Under the pieces are notes generated by a model. The model did no database searches and was not told the origin of the DNA. It worked only from the letters and a program-made list of their open reading frames with translations. From Candidatus Thorarchaeota archaeon (GTDB lineage Archaea; Asgardarchaeota; Thorarchaeia; Thorarchaeales; Thorarchaeaceae), in NCBI GenBank assembly GCA_029858305.1, contig JAOUFI010000004.1, forward strand, positions 1 to 64,000: DNA of 64,000 bases, written 5' to 3'. The position numbers were made by a program, and so were the translations under genes. Of the stretch, positions 1 through 9,601 are shown one piece after another (position 1 is the stretch's first letter; the number at the start of each line of letters is the position of its first letter).

Positions 1-600
1 GTTCATTGGGCCAGGTTTCCAGCCATCAGCAGGTTCAAAGTGCCAGTCTGTGACAGTTCCTTGTCTTTCATCCTTTGGTTTCCAGACCACTTTTACTGGC
101 ATGCCAAACTCAGCATCCCATGGGTCTAGACCTCTCAACTCGTTGGCAATTGCAGTCTTACAGCCATCAACTATTACATATGCTAGTACGAATGGTAAAC
201 GCTTCAGTGAAGACTTTCCGCTCCACCCCGCAATCGTAAATGTATGGACGATTCCTTCCTCCTTGAGTTGGATCCATTCCGTCTTTTCGAGGTTATCATC
301 AAGGTTCCAACAATTCACCCTCGGCGGGAAGAACTTGTCACCACACTTCGGACATTTGGTTCCCCAGAACTCGCCGTCAACAAAGCCCTTGCCGAGCTTT
401 GATACCTCGGCATATTTCCAATAATACAATTGGTCATAGTGAAGATAGACCTTGAACTGCTCGGTAAGTGTATCAAAATCATAACCCATAAACCCGATAC
501 CGGTCTCCTTGACGTTGCCGCGGAATTTATCTGAGTTCTTATCATCCCACTTTTCAGCGTCGTGAGCGGGAATCTTGTGCATTCTCTTATCCTTCACCAT
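1..600 (-). CDS. DUF35-type Zn-ribbon/OB-fold protein (thiolase partner), 3' end runs off window
   Basis: Read manually from ATG at 600: MVKDKRMHKIP...FWGTKCPKCGDKFFPPRVNC...EEGIVHTFT...PFVLAYVIVDG...GMPVKVVW. Starts 2 nt after the thiolase stop; absent from the ORF track because it is truncated. Confidence 0.85.
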   Translation of the reverse strand, partial: MVKDKRMHKIPAHDAEKWDDKNSDKFRGNVKETGIGFMGYDFDTLTEQFKVYLHYDQLYYWKYAEVSKLGKGFVDGEFWGTKCPKCGDKFFPPRVNCWNLDDNLEKTEWIQLKEEGIVHTFTIAGWSGKSSLKRLPFVLAYVIVDGCKTAIANELRGLDPWDAEFGMPVKVVWKPKDERQGTVTDWHFEPADGWKPGPMN

Positions 601-602
601 CT

Positions 603-1880
603 CTATGGCCTCCTCAGAATGAAGTTCGAGATACTGGTTCCAGTACCCGCATGACTGTTGACAAGGCCGGTGTTCGCGTCCTTGACGTAGGTCTTGGAAC
701 TCAAGTGCTTCTTAGGAGCAGTGTCGTTCAGGTGATACATACACTCGAGTGCGCTCATGATACCGGTCGCACCAACTGGATGACCGTACCCCATGAGACC
801 ACCGCCGATGTTGGTTGGAACTTCACCATCGAGGAAGGTCTGCTTCTCGCGCACGAACTCCTTGATGTTCTCCTTATCGCACCAGTGGAGAGCCTTGTAG
901 ATTTGAGTTTCAGATGAGCTGAAGGCATCGTGAATCTCTGCCACATCAACTTCCTTTGCAGCCTTCTTGTACTCGATACCAGCCATATCATAGGCAACCT
1001 CGCCAGACTTGCGGCAGGCTGCGAACTCTGTCATGTCAGGGTAGCCCTTACCATACTGCTCATTCCAACCAGGGAAGTCGATACGGTCGCCAGCACGGAT
1101 GGTGCAACTGCTTAAGCCAGCACCATCAATGACGACATAGTTGTGGGGTGCATGCTTCTTTGCCCACTCCTCGGTTGTGACGAGAGCAAAGGCACCACCA
1201 CGACTCATCAGACAACAGTCCAATCGCTTGAGGGGGTAGCTGATGAGGCGACTCTCCATCACGTCGTCAACTGTAAGGGTCTTCTTGTGGTAGGGAGACT
1301 TTGGATTTGTGTAGTCACTCCGGTACCACTGGGACTTTGCATTGTCTGCTGCATAGTTCCTGTTCTTCATGGCAGCCATGGCAAAATCTTCCTCTGTGAG
1401 ACCGTTCTCTTTCATGAACTTGTATGCCATTGCAGCGTAGTAGATTGGGTAGATGCCACCAGCAAGAGCCTCGTACCTTGTATCAGAGGCGAGGGCAATA
1501 AACTCACTCCCCTGAGACTGGGTCACATTATCCATCTCTTCCCAGCCATATACTCCAACAACATCGAAGAGCCCAGACTTTATGGCCATGAAAGCACCAT
1601 ACAGGGCGGACCCTCCTGTGTTTCCACCATTCTCGATTCGCACATGGGGCAGACCCACAAGACCAAGATGGTCATGAACTATCCATTCAGGACAGAGTTG
1701 CTTACCAAAGTGTACCGAGAAATGTGAGTATACCATAAACTGAAGGTCCCTAAGTGTGAAGTCAGGGATATCGTGTTGTGTCTCTACGATACAATTAGCA
1801 GCCATAGCCTCTGGCGTTATATGCATGGGATAGTCGAAGGGAGTTGCCGCACCACCTGCGATGCACACTTTTCGACTCAT
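603..1880 (-). CDS. Thiolase-superfamily protein (SCP2-thiolase-like, lacks catalytic Cys)
   Basis: Motifs PLKRLDCC, EIHDAF, GGGLMGYGHPVGATG. The expected nucleophile loop reads ENGGNTG. Confidence 0.9.
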   Translation of the reverse strand: MSRKVCIAGGAATPFDYPMHITPEAMAANCIVETQHDIPDFTLRDLQFMVYSHFSVHFGKQLCPEWIVHDHLGLVGLPHVRIENGGNTGGSALYGAFMAIKSGLFDVVGVYGWEEMDNVTQSQGSEFIALASDTRYEALAGGIYPIYYAAMAYKFMKENGLTEEDFAMAAMKNRNYAADNAKSQWYRSDYTNPKSPYHKKTLTVDDVMESRLISYPLKRLDCCLMSRGGAFALVTTEEWAKKHAPHNYVVIDGAGLSSCTIRAGDRIDFPGWNEQYGKGYPDMTEFAACRKSGEVAYDMAGIEYKKAAKEVDVAEIHDAFSSSETQIYKALHWCDKENIKEFVREKQTFLDGEVPTNIGGGLMGYGHPVGATGIMSALECMYHLNDTAPKKHLSSKTYVKDANTGLVNSHAGTGTSISNFILRRP

Positions 1881-1905
1881 AATATATCACTGAATCCAAT
1901 TTTCG

Positions 1906-1966
1906 CTGTCCACAGGACAGACGATTCTGAGCCAACACGAAAATTGCGAGTCTTTAACAGTTTCGG
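1906..1966 (-). promoter_or_regulatory. ~60-bp repeated element, copy A (putative BRE/TATA promoter of the thiolase gene)
   Basis: Minus strand CCGAAACTGTTAAAG...GTGTTGGCTCAGAATCGTCTG...GACAG. Homologous to 6702-6761 and 8390-8449. Confidence 0.65.
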
Positions 1967-1977
1967 ACGTAGAACAA

Positions 1978-3474
1978 TTATGATAATATAATATCAGGAA
2001 ATGAGGAAACCATCAGGTCATTGAGAAACTTCATACTTGGACGTTCAGCCATCCTCTGAACGTCCCTCAGAATCTCAGTTACCTCCTTATATCGACCCTG
2101 CCTTTGTCGGAGTTTAGCTTTGAGTAGAAGAGCTTGGGCTGTAACTCCAGGAAGCTCGTTCATCTCAGCATGTTCAAATAGTCTATTCATCCAAGGACCT
2201 GAAGAGTCAGACTGCGCTCGCAATCTTTCATCTGTGAGTCTAGTGATTTCAATATCAGTGAGATTGAGGAGACAGGCATTTGCCATGTAAGTAATTGGGA
2301 TCTCTTCATCTATCTTCAAATATTCTCGAAAACATTCAATGGCATTTTCAAACCTACCCTCTGCTTTTTCAAAGAGACCCTCGACAAATGAATACCACCT
2401 GAGTTGATGAGAAGCGCCAGACTTTGTTGCTAACTCATGAGTGACTTCAAGTTCTGCTTCTGCTTCTTCGTATCTTCCTAAATTGATTAATGCATATACT
2501 TTCTGTGCATGAACAGATGCTGCAAGACGTGGATATGATTTATTTAGTTCAACTGCGGTCTTTGCGAATTTCAGAGCTTTTTTTCCATTTCCACTTAGAT
2601 TGAGATAGACTGCGATAACAGCATACTGGATGGGATCTGGAAATGCCAGTGATTCCGTGATTCTTAGATATTCAAGATGGTACTCAATTGCAGCGCTCAG
2701 CTCACCTCTGATTCCCATGATATGACCCCATTCATGCTGGTTTGCACCAATATTGAATTGATAACCAAGTTGCTCACTCAACTCACTTGCTGTGTGGAGA
2801 ATATCAATTGCTTTTCTTACATTTATGCGCTTAGTTTGGTTGGCTAGGAGATTTAGGAGATACGCTACAAGAATCTGCTCATCGTAATCTCTTGCTAGAA
2901 TAATGGCTTGGTTCAGTAGCTCAATCATCTCTTTATACTTGGTTTCTCTTTCACTAATCCATGCTTGAATAATGAGAATGTATGAGTTAAAAAATTCCAA
3001 TTCCTTGTTCTTGCTTAATCGTCTCCTTATGATTTCGATGGGTCTGAAATCGATATCACATTCAGGATATATCTGTTCAGCGAGGAGTCTAATCCGAAGA
3101 TATAGATAACAGGCAATCCAATCATTGGGCGTAGACTTCAACGCTTTATCAAGAGAATTTTTTACCCTCTTCCAACTAATCGTTTTACCCCTCTGAACCT
3201 TTGAAATAAGGAATAGAGGTTTTGCCATATCAGATATCTTTCCTGAGGCTTTAAGCCTTTCAATCAGACTATAGTCATAAATGTGAAAAGCAAAGAGGGT
3301 AGCAAAATACTCTAGTAATGGTGATGAAGGCTGCGAACATACTCTATCACATAGTTTTCTTGTAAAGTCGCCAAAATTCTTAGCCTCATCCATCACTACT
3401 TTTAGTATAGATTTTGTTTCTTCATCTACGTGTGGAAAGCACATGGTAATTGTTCCGATTGGCTCCACGCTCAC
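1978..3474 (-). CDS. ~500-aa TPR-repeat protein, 'GTITxCFPHV' family paralog 1
   Basis: Helical TPR-like repeats (ALINLGRYEEAEAEL). Shares DW[IL]AC and SGPWM...LPG motifs with its paralogs. GTG start chosen at 3474, after GAGGTG. Confidence 0.85.
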   Translation of the reverse strand: MSVEPIGTITMCFPHVDEETKSILKVVMDEAKNFGDFTRKLCDRVCSQPSSPLLEYFATLFAFHIYDYSLIERLKASGKISDMAKPLFLISKVQRGKTISWKRVKNSLDKALKSTPNDWIACYLYLRIRLLAEQIYPECDIDFRPIEIIRRRLSKNKELEFFNSYILIIQAWISERETKYKEMIELLNQAIILARDYDEQILVAYLLNLLANQTKRINVRKAIDILHTASELSEQLGYQFNIGANQHEWGHIMGIRGELSAAIEYHLEYLRITESLAFPDPIQYAVIAVYLNLSGNGKKALKFAKTAVELNKSYPRLAASVHAQKVYALINLGRYEEAEAELEVTHELATKSGASHQLRWYSFVEGLFEKAEGRFENAIECFREYLKIDEEIPITYMANACLLNLTDIEITRLTDERLRAQSDSSGPWMNRLFEHAEMNELPGVTAQALLLKAKLRQRQGRYKEVTEILRDVQRMAERPSMKFLNDLMVSSFPDIILS

Positions 3475-3535
3475 GCACCTCAGACCAGCCAAGTCGGTAA
3501 TATTCAGATAACCTTCTACATCAACTTTTTGGAAA

Positions 3536-5038
3536 TCAATCCACTATGATATCGGGAAACATGGAGATTGCCAGATCATTTAGATACTTCATGCTTGGGG
3601 CTTTGGCTGTCTTCTGGACCTGCTTGAGCAAATTTCGCATCTCATCAAACCGTCCCTGTTTTCTGCGAAGTTCAGCCTTTAACAACAATGCACGAGCCAC
3701 AATACCAGGCAGATCATTCTTCTCGGCGTGTTCCACCAATTTTGCCATCCATGGACCAGATAAATCAGAGCGCTTTTTCAAGGCTTCATTAGTGAGTATC
3801 TTAATTTCTATCTCAGTGAGATTGATAAGGCATATATTCTGAAGCACTGGAACTGGATCATTCTTCTGGTTTTCCAGCACTTCTTCGAAAACAGCGATGG
3901 CACCATTAAAATCACCTTCTGCTTTGTCGAGTATACCCCCCACTAACTGAACCCACTCCATTTGTCCAAAATGCCCCGACTTTGTTGCTAATTCGTACGC
4001 AATTGCAAGCTCTTTTCCAGCCTCATCATATCTGCCAAGGTTGATGAGAGCCCAAGCCAGTTCAGCATGTGGACGAGGAAGAAGTCGAATTGTAGATGCG
4101 CTTGATGCAAAATCGACTGCTATCTTAGCAAGCTCAAACGCTTCCTCTCCTTGTCCAATTTGGTTATACATGCATGCAATAAGATAGGAAGTGTATCGCG
4201 TATCTAGACCGAGTAACTCTCTGATTTTTTTATAATCCATATGATATTCAATTGCAGCATTCAATTCTCCTTTGAGTTGCATTATGAAACCCAATTCAAG
4301 TTGAACTTGGCCCACTGAGTGTTTGTGGCCTAATTTTTCAGCAAGCTCTCTACATGAGATGAGGAGGTCAATTGCCTGTTTTACATCAGTTTGCTTGATA
4401 CGACTAGCCATCTGGATGATTATATCAACAATTATTATCTCATCATCAAACTCTCTAGCTACGACAAGAGCTTTTCTCAGTTGATCAATCATCTCTTTTC
4501 TTTTAGTTTCTCTATCATATTCAAGAGCTTTGAGATACAGAAGATAAGTCTTGAAACATGCCAAATCCTTGTTTGTTTCCACACTAGAGGTAATTGCATC
4601 AATTGGTCTAATGTCTATGTCAGATTCCGGATAGTACGAATCAGCCAATAACCTCCAAGTTAAATAGAGATGAGAAGCTAACCAGTCATTTGGAGCTGCC
4701 ATTAGTGCTCTTTTCATTGATTTTTTCGAATCGTCCCAGCTGACCACTTCACCTTTTCGAGCTCTTGTGAGCAGGAGTATAGGCGAGCCCAAATCCGATA
4801 CCTTTCCAGCTGAAACCAATCTATCAACGAGAGTAAGCCAATCAAGCCACCAAGCAAAATAGAGAGCGAAATACTCTAACAAAGGAGACGAGGCTTCTGC
4901 ACAGACTCTATCACATAATTTCTCTGTAAAGTCTCCAAAGTTCTCGGCCTCATCCATTACCGACTGAAGCACAGATCTGGTTTCTTCATCTACATGCGGA
5001 AAGCACATAGTTATTGTCCCGATTGGCTCCACGCTCAT
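3536..5038 (-). CDS. TPR-repeat protein, 'GTITxCFPHV' family paralog 2
   Basis: MSVEPIGTITMCFPHVDEET N-terminus; same motifs as paralogs 1 and 5. Confidence 0.88.
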   Translation of the reverse strand: MSVEPIGTITMCFPHVDEETRSVLQSVMDEAENFGDFTEKLCDRVCAEASSPLLEYFALYFAWWLDWLTLVDRLVSAGKVSDLGSPILLLTRARKGEVVSWDDSKKSMKRALMAAPNDWLASHLYLTWRLLADSYYPESDIDIRPIDAITSSVETNKDLACFKTYLLYLKALEYDRETKRKEMIDQLRKALVVAREFDDEIIIVDIIIQMASRIKQTDVKQAIDLLISCRELAEKLGHKHSVGQVQLELGFIMQLKGELNAAIEYHMDYKKIRELLGLDTRYTSYLIACMYNQIGQGEEAFELAKIAVDFASSASTIRLLPRPHAELAWALINLGRYDEAGKELAIAYELATKSGHFGQMEWVQLVGGILDKAEGDFNGAIAVFEEVLENQKNDPVPVLQNICLINLTEIEIKILTNEALKKRSDLSGPWMAKLVEHAEKNDLPGIVARALLLKAELRRKQGRFDEMRNLLKQVQKTAKAPSMKYLNDLAISMFPDIIVD

Positions 5039-5084
5039 CTGCTCCCGCTATGAGAAATCGATATACATTAGCCGACCTTCTAAA

Positions 5085-6584
5085 TCAGCCTTTCGACTGC
5101 AATGTTGCAGCCAACTCAGGAACAAGTGATTCTGCCATCTCCCGAAGATACATCATACCTGAGGTTTCTGCGGCCTTCAGAACTCGCTTTATCATCTTGT
5201 TTGACTGAGCTATGCGGCCCCACTTGAATGCAAATTTTGCCTGAAGAAGAAGAGCTTGGATGGCGAATCCTGGCAGCTCCCTTTCTTCCACCTGTTTCAT
5301 CAGTTTCGTCATCCAGGGACCCGAGAATTTGGCCTTGGTAATCTTTTCATATTTGAATGCTTCAATCTCCATATCAGTTAGGTGGAAAAGCGTCACGTTA
5401 AGATAAGCTTGATTATAATTCCGTTCGAATATTTCAAGAGCGTGTTCAAGTGAATAATTGGCAGAAGCAAACTCATGTCGAGATTTTTCAATTAATCCTT
5501 CAACAAAGTAAATCAAACCAAGGCGAGTTTCATTATCGCTTTTCAAAGCAAGTTCCTTGGCTTTTGTGATACTTTCTTCTGCGTCATCAATTCTATCAAG
5601 ATTTACCATTGCCCATGCTTCTTGAATAAGGGCGAAAGGGATCCCTAGTGCAGGCATTCCATTCCTATGACTTGCAATCGAATCTAGAGCTCTTGCTCCA
5701 TCACCCATCATATTATGCACCTGTGCAATAATAGCCATTTCATATCCTACAGGTTCTCCCAATAGTAAAATTGTCTGTACGAAATTATTCTGGTAGTGAA
5801 GGCTGAGATTATACTCTCCTTTTGCCATTGCGATATGTCCCAAGTAATGATCAATGGATGCTAGACCCGAAACATAGCCAATTTCTTCACAGATCTCTCG
5901 TCCCAATTCAAGGATACTTAGAGCTTCGCTAATATTCGTTCGTTTTATAACACGACCCGCCTTCTCAGCTAGAAGATACGCAACTAAATACAGATTATCA
6001 TGTTTCCTTGCTTCGGTTATTGCAAGATTGTACATTTTCACTGCTTCATCATAACTGCGGTCATGCGCTAGTCTCTGCGCCTTGATGCTATGTAGCTCTG
6101 ATGCAAAAAAGCTGAATTCACTGTCACTCTCAATCTTCGATTCAAGATAGCCAAGCGGTCCAGAATCTGTTGAGCATTCAGGTAGAAACATTTCAGCCGC
6201 TCTCCTCCAAGCTACATAGATATGGCATGCGATCCAATCGCTTTGAGTGGATCTAATTGCTACAGTAAGTGTTTTCTGAAACTCATTCCATACAACAGGT
6301 GTTCCTCGAACTGATTGGATAATAAGAAGTAGTGGTTTCGCGAGATCCGAATATTTCCTTGTTTCTTGTAATCGATCTATAAGATTATAATTCCCTTGAT
6401 AGAATGCAAAGAAATAGGCGAAATATATCGTGAGTGGATTGAGTGATTCAAAACAAACCTTGTTGCACAGAATCTCAGCGAAGTCATCAAAATCACCAGC
6501 CTCGTCCATGGCAGCCTGCAGAATATCCCTTGTTTCCTGATCTACATGTGGGAAGCAGGCAGTTATCGTACCGAAAGCCTTCAA
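5085..6584 (-). CDS. TPR-repeat protein, 'GTITxCFPHV' family paralog 3 (subfamily B)
   Basis: Likely TTG start giving MKAFGTITACFPHVDQET; TPR-like repeats; SGPWM/LPG C-terminal motif. Confidence 0.85.
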   Translation of the reverse strand: MKAFGTITACFPHVDQETRDILQAAMDEAGDFDDFAEILCNKVCFESLNPLTIYFAYFFAFYQGNYNLIDRLQETRKYSDLAKPLLLIIQSVRGTPVVWNEFQKTLTVAIRSTQSDWIACHIYVAWRRAAEMFLPECSTDSGPLGYLESKIESDSEFSFFASELHSIKAQRLAHDRSYDEAVKMYNLAITEARKHDNLYLVAYLLAEKAGRVIKRTNISEALSILELGREICEEIGYVSGLASIDHYLGHIAMAKGEYNLSLHYQNNFVQTILLLGEPVGYEMAIIAQVHNMMGDGARALDSIASHRNGMPALGIPFALIQEAWAMVNLDRIDDAEESITKAKELALKSDNETRLGLIYFVEGLIEKSRHEFASANYSLEHALEIFERNYNQAYLNVTLFHLTDMEIEAFKYEKITKAKFSGPWMTKLMKQVEERELPGFAIQALLLQAKFAFKWGRIAQSNKMIKRVLKAAETSGMMYLREMAESLVPELAATLQSKG

Positions 6585-6701
6585 TCTGATGCCCAACCTA
6601 ATAAGACGAAACAGTAACCGTTCATACACTTTGCAGATGAATGTTTCGTAGCATTGAATGAACAATAAAAAATGGATAACTTGCAGAATCCGTTTCTAAC
6701 A

Positions 6702-6761
6702 CTGTCAGATTATAGATGATACTGAGCCAACACCAAAATCGCTAGTACTTAACAGCTTCGG
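6702..6761 (-). promoter_or_regulatory. ~60-bp repeated element, copy B
   Basis: + strand ctgtc...agatgatactgagccaacaccaaaatcgctagtacttaacagcttcgg; aligns to copies A and C. Confidence 0.65.
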
Positions 6762-6791
6762 CTGAAAAAATAGTAGAGTTCTGAGCAACCA

Positions 6792-8273
6792 TTAAGTCGA
6801 TAGTTCGGGAAGCATCAATTTGCTCAAATTTTCGAGGTAGTGCATGCTGGAAGACTTGGAAGTCTTTAGAACTTCCTTGACAAGCTTATTTGATTGAGTG
6901 AATTGTCCCTGCTTAAAAAGGAACTTTGCCCTAAGCAGCTTGGATTGGGCTTCTATACCAGGGAGGCTTTTCTTAGCTACAAGGTCCAATAACTTCCTCA
7001 TCCAGGGACCAGAGTAATCCAGTTTTTCATTCTTCGTGCTGTATGGGAAGGATTCAACCTCAATGTCAGTTAGATGAATTAGCGTCATGTTATGATATGC
7101 TTGAGAATAATACCGCTCGAATATTCCAAGAGCGTTATCAAGAGAGTAGGATGCTGATGCAAACTCACCTCGAGCTTTTTCGATTAATCCCTCAACAAAG
7201 TAAGTCAACCCGAGGTGCACTTCATCATCCCTTTTTAGCACAAGTTCCTTGGCTTTAGATAAACTCGTTTCAGCATCATTAATTTTATCAAGATTTACCA
7301 ATGCCCACGCTTCTTGAATGAAAGCCATAGGAATAAAATCAGTAGTCATTTCCTGTTGCGTAGTTGCAATTAATTCGAGAGCTCTGGCTCCGTCCCTCAT
7401 CATATTATACAGAAGCGCAATAATGCTAGCTAGATATCCCTGAGAGTCACCCAAACTTGTAAGTATTTGATGGCATTTATTTTGATGGTGAAGAGCGAGA
7501 TCAAACTCACCTTTTGCCAGTGCAATATGTCCCAACTGATGAGCATTAAAGCCAAATCCAGCAACAAACCCAATTCTTTCACAGACCTCTCGATGCAATT
7601 CAAGGATACTTAAAGCCTCATCAATATTCGTCCTCTTCACCAAATTTGCCTTCTCAGCTAGAAGGATCGCAAGTAGCACCAGATTGTCATGTTGTTTTGC
7701 TTGGGTTATTGCAAGATTATACATTTTCGTTGCTTCGTTCAGGCTACGCTCTTTTCTCAGTCTATTTCCCTTTATACGATATAGATCAGATCTGAAAAAG
7801 CTGAATCCATCATCATTCTCAATCTTTGATTCCAGAATACTAAGTGGTCCAGAATCAATAGAACTTTCAGTATACATGAGGTCTACCAAACGTCTCCATG
7901 CCATATAGACATGGCATGCTATCCAGTCCCCTTGAGTTTCTTTAAGTGCCTTAGAAAGGGCTTTCTGAAACTCATTCCATTCTACATGCACTCCTCGACG
8001 TGCTTGAACAGCAAGAAGCAGTGGTTTCGCTAGATCTGTATGTCTTCCTGCTTCTTGTATTCTATCCATGATATTGTACTTACCTTGATCGTATGCAAAG
8101 AAATATGCAAAATAATTCGTGAGGGGAGGAAAGGATTCTTTGCAAGCTCTTGCGCACAGTATCTCAGCAAAGTCATCGAAATCTTTGGCCTCATCCATCG
8201 CAGCCTGTAGAATATCCCTTGTTTCCTGATCTACATGTGGGAAGCAGGCAGTTATCGTACCGAAAGCCTTCAA
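6792..8273 (-). CDS. TPR-repeat protein, 'GTITxCFPHV' family paralog 4 (subfamily B)
   Basis: N-terminus and upstream DNA are nearly identical to paralog 3; TTG start inferred at 8273. Confidence 0.85.
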   Translation of the reverse strand: MKAFGTITACFPHVDQETRDILQAAMDEAKDFDDFAEILCARACKESFPPLTNYFAYFFAYDQGKYNIMDRIQEAGRHTDLAKPLLLAVQARRGVHVEWNEFQKALSKALKETQGDWIACHVYMAWRRLVDLMYTESSIDSGPLSILESKIENDDGFSFFRSDLYRIKGNRLRKERSLNEATKMYNLAITQAKQHDNLVLLAILLAEKANLVKRTNIDEALSILELHREVCERIGFVAGFGFNAHQLGHIALAKGEFDLALHHQNKCHQILTSLGDSQGYLASIIALLYNMMRDGARALELIATTQQEMTTDFIPMAFIQEAWALVNLDKINDAETSLSKAKELVLKRDDEVHLGLTYFVEGLIEKARGEFASASYSLDNALGIFERYYSQAYHNMTLIHLTDIEVESFPYSTKNEKLDYSGPWMRKLLDLVAKKSLPGIEAQSKLLRAKFLFKQGQFTQSNKLVKEVLKTSKSSSMHYLENLSKLMLPELST

Positions 8274-8389
8274 TCTGATGCCCAACCTAATAAGACGAAA
8301 CAGTAACCGTTCATATACTTTGCAGATGAATGTTTCGTAGCATCGAATGAGCAATAAAAAATAGATAACTTACGAATCCGTTTCTACCA

Positions 8390-8449
8390 CTGTCAAATTT
8401 CAGATGATTCTACGCCAACACCAAAACTGTGAGCATTTAACAGCTTCAG
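8390..8449 (-). promoter_or_regulatory. ~60-bp repeated element, copy C
   Basis: + strand ctgtc...cagatgattctacgccaacaccaaaactgtgagcatttaacagcttcag; aligns to copies A and B. Confidence 0.65.
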
Positions 8450-8604
8450 CGAACACAAAGCTATGAAATGATATCATAGACAAGAAGTGAATTCGGAATC
8501 ATACCTTTCTGAATAATGAGATTATTGAAAAAACACAAAAACATCTCCAAAACATGCCTTCCTATGAGAAGGAAGAGCATGCTTGGATTAGACCAATACC
8601 AGAA

Positions 8605-9372
8605 CTACATAGGCTTTGCATTGGCTCGGACAATCGATTCAATCTTATCGAGCTTTGCCTGAATGTCGGGGTCCTTGATGTTAACGACAATCGAAACATC
8701 AATGTCAGCGACCTGTTGGTTACCCTTCTTGTCAAGGTATGGTACATCGACCTTGTAATTGACACGGTCAGCCTGCTTAGCCCTGAAACCCTTAGCTTCT
8801 TGCTCGATTTCATAACCACCTTTAATGGGGTACAGGACACCATAGTTCACCATTTGGAAACCTGAGTCTGTGATGGACTTAGTAATCTGCTCCATGATGG
8901 ACTTGTTATACATGTAGCTACCAAGCTGGACTAGACTTAGAAATGCAAACACACCACCACCACTTACTCGAGCGGCCTTAGCTTCCTGCACTCCAGTTGC
9001 GATGACACGATAGTTCGAAACGAAGACCTGTCCTTTAATTACAGACTTGCCGGTTTCAACCCAACCATCAAAAATCGCTGCGAATTCCTCACCAGGTAGT
9101 TTACAGAAATTCTGAACAAAGAATCTCTCGAATTCAGCAAGTTTGTCTGCCTTTCTCGCACGCATCATCTTATCAAAGAGAATGTATGCTTTCTCTGAGA
9201 ACATTGCAGGATCTACTAAAATAGCATCCTTCATTATCCCACCGAAATTCTGGTACTCCGAAGGTTCAATCTTTTCGAATGCTTTTCTCAATTCGTTTCC
9301 TACGTCGCCAGATTTTCCTTTTTGCATCTTCTCGATGACTTCTTTTCTCAGTTTATCAAAATCTACGCCCAT
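8605..9372 (-). CDS. Hypothetical protein, possible PH/GRAM-like domain
   Basis: 255-aa ORF with ATG and an upstream GAGG. LPGEE...KGQVFVSNYRVIA resembles a GRAM/PH core. Confidence 0.7.
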   Translation of the reverse strand: MGVDFDKLRKEVIEKMQKGKSGDVGNELRKAFEKIEPSEYQNFGGIMKDAILVDPAMFSEKAYILFDKMMRARKADKLAEFERFFVQNFCKLPGEEFAAIFDGWVETGKSVIKGQVFVSNYRVIATGVQEAKAARVSGGGVFAFLSLVQLGSYMYNKSIMEQITKSITDSGFQMVNYGVLYPIKGGYEIEQEAKGFRAKQADRVNYKVDVPYLDKKGNQQVADIDVSIVVNIKDPDIQAKLDKIESIVRANAKPM

Positions 9373-9601
9373 TTTAAAAACCTCAAGACAGTAGTAAAAC
9401 CGGACTGATGCATATTAACTCAGTTAGGATGGATAATACGATTCGCTAAATAAATCGACACAAAGCTCGTCAATCATTTCCTTGATTTTCCTTCAGTACG
9501 TCTTAACTGCTGGTAAGTCAGAGATGTTGAACAAATCCTGCATGGTTGTGCTTTGTTGCTAATCTATAAATCTAGCCAGCCTGCAGTCCTTGCTGATTGA
9601 A

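Noticed and set aside
50-1991. Plus-strand ORFs overlapping the DUF35 and thiolase genes, and similar short antisense ORFs across the window
   Set aside because: Shadow frames of well-supported genes, with no motifs of their own.
6585-6665. N-terminal extensions of paralogs 3, 4 (and 5) shown in the ORF track
   Set aside because: Family alignment starts at [KE][PA]xGTIT, with TTG/GTG starts available there; the extensions are probably leader sequence.
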